In this document: positions 28,353 through 36,817 of the stretch, one piece after another
How positions within the stretch are numbered: position 1 is the first letter of the stretch
Layout: each line of letters starts with the position of its first letter
Source of the DNA: Candidatus Woesearchaeota archaeon
GTDB taxonomy: Archaea; Nanobdellota; Nanobdellia; Pacearchaeales; GW2011-AR1
Assembly: GCA_964355135.1 (NCBI GenBank)
Contig: CAYHCG010000008.1
Location: forward strand, 423-64,422
Direction: 5' to 3'
Length of the DNA: 64,000 nt
The notes under the pieces: model-generated
Told to the model about the DNA's origin: nothing
Seen by the model: only the letters and a program-made list of their open reading frames with translations
Databases searched by the model: none
Made by a program: the position numbers and the translations under genes

Positions 28353-28685
28353 ATGTCAGATAGATCCGAAATTGTTGGGCTGATGTATGATCAAGAAGAT
28401 TTAGATGCGGAAGTTCTTGAACATGGAACCCATATAGTAGAAAATCCTCAGCCCCTTGGCAGAAAGGCATTAGATGATAAAGCATGAATTCTGGCATGTG
28501 CCCAATCTGCAAGAAAAGGAGTTCTAGACTTACCTATGCATATAGGAGGCTTAAGAGGATTATTGGAAAGGGCCGCTCAAACGGGATATCTCGAACCTAA
28601 CAGTGTTTTGTCTTATGCAGCCCAATATAATGGAACAAGAAGGGGAGGTTTAACTTCCTCTGGATTCAGAGATTATTGGTTTTAA
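28353..28685 (+). pseudogene. 111-codon frame interrupted by one in-frame TGA (28485-28487)
   Basis: MSDRSEIVGL...DDKA*ILACAQSARKG...DYWF*; fills an otherwise empty intergenic space. Confidence 0.4.
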
Positions 28686-30723
28686 CTATGGAGACATCTC
28701 CTTCTTTTGTCGTCTTAAACACATTATCTACAAAACTTTCTATTTTTTGTTCGTGACTGACAATTATGAGTTGTTTCGCATTTAGTTCTTCTAGGATGTC
28801 TCTAATTTTGCTAATCTGCTCTTCAGAGAAGCCATCTGTAGGCTCGTCTAAAATTATTATGCCGCGAGTTTTTATTTTACTCATAATGGAATTAATAATC
28901 TGATTGAGGGCGAGCCGATAGGCTAAAGCTACTGCTGTTCTTTCTCCCCCTGATAAGAACTCGTAATCCATTTCCGTTTCCCTTTGCAAGATAATTGGTG
29001 TAAAGTTCTCGTCTATTCTTATGTCTAGGGAGTTTTCTGCTACTAGCATTAAGAACCATTTTCTAAGCAAGGAAGAAAACTCATTTCTAAGCTTTAGAAG
29101 GACATTTCTTTCAGTGAAATCAATTAATTTGAGGAATTGAGTTGAGAGCCAATCTATCAATTCATTCATTTGATAGAGTTTTTTCTTTGTTTCCTCCTTT
29201 TTTTGAATATTTCCCTGTAAAAGGGAGATTTCTTGTCCGCTTAATTGTAACTCTTTTTTAAGTTCTGCAACTACTATCTCCTTATTTTTTTCCTCTAAAA
29301 GAGCTTTTTCCACTTCTACAAATCTTATCCTGTAGTGATTCTCAAAAGTCGTGAATTTTAAGATGTCCTCTTTTAGACTTTCCATATGTTTGATAAGGAA
29401 AGAAATGTCTTTTTCCAGACTGAGTTGCGATTTTTCCAGTTCGGAAAGCTTATGTGAGGAAGCTACTATGAAGTCCTGGCGAGACTTGGCTGTTTCCATT
29501 CCTACTTTTTGATCTTCGAGTTTAACAAGCAGACTTCTTTGACTTTCAATCTGTGCCCTTACTTCTATTTTTTGGGACTCAGATTGCCCTATTTCCTTTT
29601 CTACGAAGTCCAACTTTCCCTTGGATTCATTTAAAATGGCATGTTTGTGGTTCTCTGAGACGACCTGAAAACAAATAGGGCAAAGATCTATTTTAAGGAG
29701 TTTCTCTTTTTTAGATAGCGACTCTTTTTTCTCTTGCTGGAGATAATTTATCTTGCTGTCTAAGGAAATATAAAGAGAATTGAGACTTTCTAATTTTACT
29801 TTTAACCCTTTTACTTCCTCACTTACCTTGGCATATTCTACCTCGTTAAAGATCTGAGAATCTTTTACTATGCTTTGGAGGTATTCTTTTTCTTTCTTTA
29901 CAGTATTTAAGGAGTCTCTCTTTGTAGAAACGAATATCTTTGCCTTCTCGAGTTCATTAGCAAAATTTTTCTTTTCCTCTATCTTAACTTCTAAAGATTT
30001 TAATTCTGACTCTAGAGATTCTCGAATAGCTTTCTTCTCTCTAAATGCCTCTTCTTGGATTGTTATGTTGGCTGCAAGCACACTTAACTTTTCTTTTCTT
30101 AATTCTAGACTTTGAAGATCTTCTTCGAGAGTCTTTATTTCTCCTTGCATTAATTTTGACTCTGATTTTAGGTTTGTAAGCAGAGTGGAGAGATTATTTT
30201 TAATTTGCTTGTATTTGTCAATCCCGAAAATGTGTCTTAGAATATTGAGCCTTGCTTCGGCATCCTCAAGGATAATCTGTTTCATTTGTTCTTGAGGAGA
30301 AAAAACAGTATATCTAAACAAAATATTATTCTTTTTTATGAATTCTTCCGGATAACCTAGTAATTCAACGATTTTTGACTTTATTTCTGTAACTGAAGAT
30401 TCGAACTTTTCACCATTTATTGTTATCGAAGAATATTCATTGCTCACTCCTTTAGGGCTCCTCTTAAGTTTTCGCTCGATTATCAGGGACTTGCCTGCTA
30501 AGTCTATTTCTAGAACTACCTCTGCAACATTTTCGCGGTTTCTTAGTAATGAAGTTCCCTTTTGCCCTGGCTGCAATCCAAATAGAGCGTATTCTATTGC
30601 TAGTAGAATTGTTGTTTTGCCCGAACCTATATCTCCTGAAAGCAAGAGAGACCCTTCGGGAAATTCTAATTCCTGCTCTTTGTAAGAACGGATATTTTTT
30701 ATTTTTATTTTTTTAAATCTCAT
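28666..30723 (-). CDS. rad50: Rad50/SbcC ATPase
   Basis: GDIGSGKTT, Q-loop, CPIC zinc hook, LSGGE, LDEPT, SH. Confidence 0.93.
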   Translation of the reverse strand: MRFKKIKIKNIRSYKEQELEFPEGSLLLSGDIGSGKTTILLAIEYALFGLQPGQKGTSLLRNRENVAEVVLEIDLAGKSLIIERKLKRSPKGVSNEYSSITINGEKFESSVTEIKSKIVELLGYPEEFIKKNNILFRYTVFSPQEQMKQIILEDAEARLNILRHIFGIDKYKQIKNNLSTLLTNLKSESKLMQGEIKTLEEDLQSLELRKEKLSVLAANITIQEEAFREKKAIRESLESELKSLEVKIEEKKNFANELEKAKIFVSTKRDSLNTVKKEKEYLQSIVKDSQIFNEVEYAKVSEEVKGLKVKLESLNSLYISLDSKINYLQQEKKESLSKKEKLLKIDLCPICFQVVSENHKHAILNESKGKLDFVEKEIGQSESQKIEVRAQIESQRSLLVKLEDQKVGMETAKSRQDFIVASSHKLSELEKSQLSLEKDISFLIKHMESLKEDILKFTTFENHYRIRFVEVEKALLEEKNKEIVVAELKKELQLSGQEISLLQGNIQKKEETKKKLYQMNELIDWLSTQFLKLIDFTERNVLLKLRNEFSSLLRKWFLMLVAENSLDIRIDENFTPIILQRETEMDYEFLSGGERTAVALAYRLALNQIINSIMSKIKTRGIIILDEPTDGFSEEQISKIRDILEELNAKQLIIVSHEQKIESFVDNVFKTTKEGDVSIVKTNNL

Positions 30724-31865
30724 AGTAATATCTTCCTCACTTCTGAAAGAAGGCGGTCTTCGAAACCTAATAAAGTTTCACCTTCTAACTTTTCTATTTG
30801 GAGAGTCCTTATTAGATCAGGTATGAAAATGTTAAATTTGCTTTGATTTGTCTCTTCAAATTTCCCTATGATGTGCGACTCTAAATCTTCTGAGTCCGTA
30901 AGTTCTATTTTAACTTCGGATTCTGCCATATGGAGTTTTGAAGTGCTCCTTAATAATACGTAGGCTCCTTTTTCTCTTAGATTATTCTCTATCTTATTAA
31001 AATCGATGTCTGAGATTTTACCCCTATCTAGAATTCCTGAAAGGCGAATTACAACAATTTTATCTTTCACAGACTCGTTTTTCAATAAATTAATTATTTC
31101 ATCTGTGACCGTTAGAGAATTATTGATTTCTAGATGGATTGAAAAAACATCTTTAATTTTTATTTGCTCTTTTTTGATGTTTCCATCTTCGTATATGAAA
31201 AAAGATCCTCCTTTGAGCTCCTCTAGTTCTGAAATAGTATTGGGGAAAAGAGGTCCAGAGTACACCGTTGATCCTTTTTTATAATTTATATGCAGGTGTG
31301 ATAAAGCCAGATAGTCTACTTTAGGAAGATATCTTTCATCCACGGCTTTTACAGGAATGTCTCCAATTGCGTCTCTTATAGTGGTGTGCAACATCAATAT
31401 CTTGAATAAGCCGGGACTGTCTTGTAATTTGATCCTCTCTACTTCGTCTACTTCTAGGCCTGATTTTTTTCCTGGGAAGCCATAGATGGCTACATTTTTG
31501 TGAATTGTGGGCTCTAGTAAAATTTTTCCATTTTTTTCTTCATATTTTACGACATTCTTGCAGAATCCTGCCCTCTCGAGAACATCTAAAAAAGTTTTGC
31601 CTGAGACAGAATAATCATGACTTCCTGCAATAATAAATACAGGTATATTGGCATCTTTTAACTTGCGAAATTCTTCAAATGTCTGTTTGAGAGTATCGAT
31701 TGGAGGATAGGAATTATCAAATAAATCTCCGCTAATTAAAACAAAGTCTGGCTTAAACTTTATACTTCTTTTTACAGCTTCTACGAAATGCTGAAAATTC
31801 AACTCTTTTAATTCAGGCTGACGCCATCCTCCCAGATGGCAATCTCCCATATGGATAAATCTCAT
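30720..31865 (-). CDS. mre11: Mre11/SbcD nuclease
   Basis: GDCHLG, GDLFD, GSHD, HLH phosphoesterase motifs; upstream of rad50. Confidence 0.93.
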   Translation of the reverse strand: MRFIHMGDCHLGGWRQPELKELNFQHFVEAVKRSIKFKPDFVLISGDLFDNSYPPIDTLKQTFEEFRKLKDANIPVFIIAGSHDYSVSGKTFLDVLERAGFCKNVVKYEEKNGKILLEPTIHKNVAIYGFPGKKSGLEVDEVERIKLQDSPGLFKILMLHTTIRDAIGDIPVKAVDERYLPKVDYLALSHLHINYKKGSTVYSGPLFPNTISELEELKGGSFFIYEDGNIKKEQIKIKDVFSIHLEINNSLTVTDEIINLLKNESVKDKIVVIRLSGILDRGKISDIDFNKIENNLREKGAYVLLRSTSKLHMAESEVKIELTDSEDLESHIIGKFEETNQSKFNIFIPDLIRTLQIEKLEGETLLGFEDRLLSEVRKILL

Positions 31866-31919
31866 ATTTTTGAAATTAGAGAGGATTATTTAAGGATTTA
31901 TATGTCAACAATAATGCCC

Positions 31920-32375
31920 TCAGTAACAGAAAACTGGTTGAGTGGCAATATTTTTACAGAGTAGTGTTGATCTCTTCTCGGACATGACTGCTGGCTGAAC
32001 TTCTACAATGTGGTCACCTGCACGGTAATTGAATGGGATTTGGAAAGAATACAATTTTGTGTCAGAAGGAGCAAGAGGTTGCGGCAAGAGCTCTGTTTTG
32101 TTATTGACTTGTTGCCTTACCGACCTTGACTCATTTCCTAGTCTGACAAAAATCATTGAAACATTAAATAAACCTCTATTTGAAATGGTCACGTTTAATT
32201 GCCCGCGAAAACAGACTGCGTTTTCTATGACCAGATTTATATCCTCCGGGCATTTTTCCTTTGAAGAAGGAAGATACAATTTGAGATAAGCATATACTGC
32301 AACGCTCAGACTAATCCCGATTACTATAAGCAATACATATGCTACCATCTGACTGTCTGCTTTTTTATTTATCAT
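31920..32375 (-). CDS. Pilin-like protein
   Basis: KKA|DSQMVAYVLLIVI class III signal; ISNRG motif. Confidence 0.7.
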   Translation of the reverse strand: MINKKADSQMVAYVLLIVIGISLSVAVYAYLKLYLPSSKEKCPEDINLVIENAVCFRGQLNVTISNRGLFNVSMIFVRLGNESRSVRQQVNNKTELLPQPLAPSDTKLYSFQIPFNYRAGDHIVEVQPAVMSEKRSTLLCKNIATQPVFCY

Positions 32376-32376
32376 T

Positions 32377-33204
32377 TTATCTATGAGCCTGACACTGACC
32401 ATTATTCTTACAAGTGTAACTTATTCCCTCCTCATTAAATTGATCGCAGTAATTTCCTGTACAGGACTCGTAACACTTTTGCTCTTCCTGTCCGCTTAGT
32501 TTATAACATATGAGGTTCTCTTCGCATTTATCGCTTGTAGGACAACACAACTGATTTTTTCCACCACATTGTGCGCATATACCTTCTTCATCACAGAACA
32601 AGTTTTCAGTGTTACATGATGGTCTGCCTTGCTCAGGGGAGCAGCACTCTTGGTCAGAATTTCCGCATTGCTCTAGATCTTCACCTTTTTTTGAAACAAA
32701 GATATCTCCATCTCCTTCTTTCTTCAAAACTAAAAAGAAGTTCTGACCTTCTTCTTTTACATCGAACGTGTATGTTGTAGTGCCGAAAGTGACGGTTGCC
32801 TGATTTCCGACAACTTCTTCCGTTCCCTTCCAGATATTCCCTTCGGCTATAGGCCAGCAGCTATTATCTGTCAAGCAAGGACCTCCAATGTTAGTTAAAT
32901 TATAGACTAGCCAAGTCAGAGTCGTTTTATTTCCATAAACGATGACTATTTCAGTTTGAGGATATGATTGTGCATAAACTTGAATTAGATCTGAAAGATA
33001 ATTGTCAATTTCTTCTGAGGATAGGGCATAGAACGACCCACTGTCCAGATATTGTAATATCTCATAATTTATTTCATCAGATAGATCATACACGGAGACA
33101 TCTTCTTCTGAAACTTGAACATTGTTATAAACTGTTGCTAAGCTTGCAACTACTGCGATTATTACTAGTGCTGCTACTAAAAAGAACTGCCCTCTTTTTT
33201 TCAT
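32377..33204 (-). CDS. Pilin-like protein with Cys-rich C-terminus
   Basis: KKRG|QFFLVAALVII; CG...Q.CC repeats at the C-terminus. Confidence 0.7.
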   Translation of the reverse strand: MKKRGQFFLVAALVIIAVVASLATVYNNVQVSEEDVSVYDLSDEINYEILQYLDSGSFYALSSEEIDNYLSDLIQVYAQSYPQTEIVIVYGNKTTLTWLVYNLTNIGGPCLTDNSCWPIAEGNIWKGTEEVVGNQATVTFGTTTYTFDVKEEGQNFFLVLKKEGDGDIFVSKKGEDLEQCGNSDQECCSPEQGRPSCNTENLFCDEEGICAQCGGKNQLCCPTSDKCEENLICYKLSGQEEQKCYESCTGNYCDQFNEEGISYTCKNNGQCQAHR

Positions 33205-33261
33205 ATTGTAAAAAAGCAGAAGAGGTTTTTATATCTTGTTAATGTAAAGAGAAATTAAAGT

Positions 33262-33523
33262 GGTGCAGACGGGGAGTTAGCTTGGATTGGGACTTTTAGT
33301 TCCCTCTTGATCTTCTCGGTTCTGCGACCCTACAAGCACCATACTTCCCATTTAGGGCTGCTCCGATCAAGGCCTGACCCATTTCACAAGAGTACGATCG
33401 AGTAGGACAAAACCTCATAGTTGAGCAAGAGACCAAAAACCTTAGGCCTCACGCCCTCCTTTGAGTCCGCCTTAAAGCCCGTTTGCGAATAGCGCAGGGC
33501 TAGCGCGCCGACTCGTCCGCACC
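33262..33523 (-). ncRNA. ffs: Signal recognition particle (SRP) RNA, 262 nt
   Basis: Terminal helix GGTGCGGACG/CGTCTGCACC; Alu loops AGCCC/GGGCT complementary; long helix 5; helix 8 GGG-TCAGG-CC-loop-GG-AGCAG-CCC. Confidence 0.88.
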
Positions 33524-33557
33524 AGAAAACGAAGATAAAGAGGTTTTATAAAGGTTT

Positions 33558-33719
33558 TTACTCCATATCTATTTGCTTCTTTATTTTGCTTATATCTTCC
33601 TTAATTGATTTTTTCTTTTTCTTGGTCTTATTATTGGGTTTGAAAGAAAACATTAACAAAACTACAAGTGAAATAGTTAAGAATATGCCCGTAATTAATA
33701 AAATAGTTATCATCTCCAT
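33558..33719 (-). CDS. Small single-pass membrane protein (53 aa)
   Basis: Manual translation MEMITILLITGIFLTISLVVLLMFSFKPNNKTKKKKSIKEDISKIKKQIDME. Confidence 0.5.
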   Translation of the reverse strand: MEMITILLITGIFLTISLVVLLMFSFKPNNKTKKKKKSIKEDISKIKKQIDME

Positions 33720-33758
33720 ATCTGAAATTGCTTTAATAGGTTTTTAAGAGTTTTGATT

Positions 33759-35429
33759 TTACATTTCTTCCAAAGGTTCTATTGAAAGGAGTTTGAGAGC
33801 ATTTTTTAACACTTGCGAAAATGAGTCAACTAAACTAAGCCTGAAAAGTTCATTTTCAGAGCCTATGACTAACTGGGCATGATAAAATTCATTGAAGGTT
33901 TGGGCAAGATGGAATGCATAATTTGCGATTATATTTGGGGCAAGAGAGGCATAGGCCTGCTGAACTATTTCTGGAAATTTAGAGAGCTCAACTATTATGG
34001 ACTTTTCTAATTCACTTAACTGAGGAATTAAAATGGATTTAGGCCTAGAGTACTTTGCTTTTCTTATAATGCTTTTTGCGCGGGCATAGCTATAAAGCAA
34101 ATAGGGACCAGTGTTGCCTTCGAAAGAAATAAAACGATCTATATCAAAAATTACGTCACTTGAACGATGATTCTTTAAATCTCCATAAAAGATTGCAGCC
34201 AATGCAATTTTATGGGCCCGAGAGTTAAGTTCTTTTTCCCCAAGTTTCTCTCTTTTCTGGATTTCTTTTTTTGCAAGATCTTGAGTTTCCTGTATGATTC
34301 CTTCCAGAAATATTGTCTTTCCATGGCGGGTAGCGAATTTCTTTCCATCTGTATCTAAATAAAGGCCATGGTCTATATGCACGCAATCTTTTGCCCAAGT
34401 ATAACCCATCAATTCTAAAACTTTAAAGAATTGTTTAAAATGAAGCTTTTGCTCCTGGCCAACTTCATAAAATAATCTATCCGACTTATACTTTTTTTTA
34501 CGATCTATTGCTGCCGTAATATCTCTTGTCGCGTACAGTGTTGCGCCATCAGACTTCTGGATAAGACACACTCCGAGATTATACTTTTCAAGATTTACCA
34601 CTAAAGCTCCCTCGCTTTGCTGAAGAAGATTCTTTTCTTTTAGCTCCTTAAGCGTAGAGTTCATTTTATTATTATAATAAGACTCGCTGGAAATAACATC
34701 AAATTTGATATTCAAAATCTTGTAAAGTTTGCTAAATTCTTTAATGCTTAAGGCTTTGAATTGCTTCCATAGTTTGATTGCCTCTTTATCTCCATCCTCA
34801 AGTTTTTTGAACCATTTTCTTCCCTCTTCTTCTAGATTCTTATCTTTATTGGCTTCCACATAAAGACTGTAGAGATAATTTATTGGATCTTTTTTCAGCT
34901 TTTTTTGGTCGCCAGATTTTTTATAACTTGCCAGGATTTTTCCAAAAGGAGTTCCCCAGTCCCCCAGATAATTTAATTTTACTACCTTGTATCCTTGAAA
35001 TTGTGAAATATTGGCCATAGCATTTCCAATTATTGTAGATCTTAAATGACCTATTCCGAACGGTTTGGCGATATTTGGGGAAGACATATCTATGACTATC
35101 CTTTTTCCTTTGCCTTCTTTAGAAGAGCCGTATTTCTCTCTTTCATTTAGGATTGCGTTTAGAGTTTTTTTAGCAATGTTGTTTTTGTTAATGAAGAAAT
35201 TGATATACGGGCCTTTTGCCTCAACTTTTTCCAAATTTTCTGAATGTAGCTTTTTTGATAAATCCAAAGCTATTTCGACTGGATTCTTCTTAAATTGCTT
35301 TGCTAAGGAAAAACATGGGAAGGCAAAGTCTCCTAATTCAGGAGAAGGAGGAATTTCGATTAGGGAGAGGATGTCTTCTTTTTTAATTGAAAACTGTTTT
35401 GATAAAAGTGCTGCTATTTCTTCTTTCAT
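33759..35429 (-). CDS. argS: Arginyl-tRNA synthetase
   Basis: SSPNIAKPFGIGHLRST, NYLGDWG, KSDG..LY.TRD, GNTGPYLLY. Confidence 0.97.
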   Translation of the reverse strand: MKEEIAALLSKQFSIKKEDILSLIEIPPSPELGDFAFPCFSLAKQFKKNPVEIALDLSKKLHSENLEKVEAKGPYINFFINKNNIAKKTLNAILNEREKYGSSKEGKGKRIVIDMSSPNIAKPFGIGHLRSTIIGNAMANISQFQGYKVVKLNYLGDWGTPFGKILASYKKSGDQKKLKKDPINYLYSLYVEANKDKNLEEEGRKWFKKLEDGDKEAIKLWKQFKALSIKEFSKLYKILNIKFDVISSESYYNNKMNSTLKELKEKNLLQQSEGALVVNLEKYNLGVCLIQKSDGATLYATRDITAAIDRKKKYKSDRLFYEVGQEQKLHFKQFFKVLELMGYTWAKDCVHIDHGLYLDTDGKKFATRHGKTIFLEGIIQETQDLAKKEIQKREKLGEKELNSRAHKIALAAIFYGDLKNHRSSDVIFDIDRFISFEGNTGPYLLYSYARAKSIIRKAKYSRPKSILIPQLSELEKSIIVELSKFPEIVQQAYASLAPNIIANYAFHLAQTFNEFYHAQLVIGSENELFRLSLVDSFSQVLKNALKLLSIEPLEEM

Positions 35430-35459
35430 AGATAATGGATTAAGAATTAATTAATAAAG

Positions 35460-35747
35460 TTATTCCTTAAGTTTGGTGCCGCACTCTGTACAGAATTTCT
35501 CAGTTTCATCAATTGGTTTTTTACATCCCGGACAGTTTGTTAAAGGAACGACCATTTTTCCGCCGCATTGGGGGCAGAATTTTTGATCTATATCCCCGCC
35601 TCGACCACATCCGCTGCATTTCGGAGGGACTTTCTTTCTTTCTATTACAGTTTTGTAACCTATTTTTCCTCCGGAAACTATTTTTGAAAAAGCATCCTGG
35701 ATAGCATCCCCATCCTGATATTTCCTTAGATCTAAGCCGCTGCTCAT
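35460..35747 (-). CDS. Double zinc-ribbon protein
   Basis: Four CxxC pairs (CSGC, FCPQCG, CPGC, FCTECG). Confidence 0.8.
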   Translation of the reverse strand: MSSGLDLRKYQDGDAIQDAFSKIVSGGKIGYKTVIERKKVPPKCSGCGRGGDIDQKFCPQCGGKMVVPLTNCPGCKKPIDETEKFCTECGTKLKE

Positions 35748-35936
35748 TTTCCTCTTTATTTAATCCTCTTTAACTAGTAGATAAGATAAAGTTTTTAAAT
35801 ATTTTGATAGTTTTGAGAGTTACAGAGAATTTTGCGGTTTAGCTTTAGGTGCAAAATCTCTGTCTGGAGAATTTATAAACAGTGTAATCGGTAGAATTCT
35901 CCATATCTTTATATATATCGGTTGCCCAATAAAACT

Positions 35937-36242
35937 ATGAAAAAGGCAAAAAAAGAGGTCTATTGCTGCGATATGCGGGGATTTTTGTCGTTTTTGGTCT
36001 TATTCTTATTATCTAAACAGTCCATGAATGGACAGGAGCTTGCAAGAGAGCTAGAAAAAAGAAAGGGGGAAAAGCCTAGCCCTGGGACTATCTACCCTGC
36101 TTTGAAATCCTTAAAAGAAGAGGGATTGATACAGGAGAAAAAAGAAGGAAAGTCTATTTCTTATACTTTAACATCTGAAGGCAAAGAGAGCTTAAAGATT
36201 GCAAAGGAAAGATTCTGCAGGACTTTTGTCGATTTATTGTAA
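35937..36242 (+). CDS. PadR-family transcriptional regulator
   Basis: G.EL..EL....PSPGTIYPALK.L...GLI....Y.LT.EG. Confidence 0.9.
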   Translation: MKKAKKEVYCCDMRGFLSFLVLFLLSKQSMNGQELARELEKRKGEKPSPGTIYPALKSLKEEGLIQEKKEGKSISYTLTSEGKESLKIAKERFCRTFVDLL

Positions 36243-36641
36243 ATCAAATATTTTTAACACCTTAAACTCTTCACAAACAATCAGAGTATTCTCATCAAAT
36301 TTTCTTTTCATTTTCTCTAGTCTTTTTTCGAAGAATTTTTTATGCGCTTTTCTCCAGTAAGCGAGAGATCTGTCGCCTTCACCCTCTTTAAAGGCAAATG
36401 CGGCACTAACTTTACTAAAGGGTTTGTGTGAAGCTTTTGTTGTTATAATCGAGCATCTCTTTCTTCCTTTAGAATCCAATATGACGTTCTTATCTCCTAC
36501 TTTAGGCAAGGGCATTTTTTTATCCAGATAAGATTCGTACAATGAAGAGGTAGCGGTTTTCTTTCCAGAGATAACAAGTCCCTGCAGGTAGTCTGCTTCT
36601 TTTTTTGTATCTCCAAATTGCCAAGAAGGAATTTTTTTCAT
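36234..36641 (-). CDS. ASCH-domain protein
   Basis: GKKTATSS, EGEGDRSL.YWR..H motifs; true start likely 36641 because the longer ORF runs into the tRNA. Confidence 0.9.
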   Translation of the reverse strand: MKKIPSWQFGDTKKEADYLQGLVISGKKTATSSLYESYLDKKMPLPKVGDKNVILDSKGRKRCSIITTKASHKPFSKVSAAFAFKEGEGDRSLAYWRKAHKKFFEKRLEKMKRKFDENTLIVCEEFKVLKIFDLQ

Positions 36642-36674
36642 AACTCTATAAATTTCTAATTCTATAAAAATATA

Positions 36675-36746
36675 AGCCTCTACCGGGATTTGAACCCGGG
36701 ACCTCTTCATTACGAGTGAAGCGCTCCACCACTGAGCTATAGAGGC
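36675..36746 (-). tRNA. tRNA-Thr(CGT)
   Basis: GCCTCTA..GCTC AGTGGTG GAGC..CTTCA CTCGTAA TGAAG..CCGGG TTCAAAT CCCGG TAGAGGC T. Confidence 0.95.
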
Positions 36747-36817
36747 TTATCTTCGAGAAGAAGATAAGATTTATAAAGATGTTTTATTTCAAGTTGGTAT
36801 ATTATAGTGATAAAAAG

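Noticed and set aside
28485..28487. Genome-wide TGA recoding or selenocysteine
   Set aside because: TGA terminates several clear genes (e.g. 1933, 9184, 10788, 58128), and the context shows no redox motif.
36642..36710. N-terminal extension of the ASCH ORF
   Set aside because: It overlaps tRNA-Thr(CGT) on the same strand; ATG 36641 gives a normal ASCH start.
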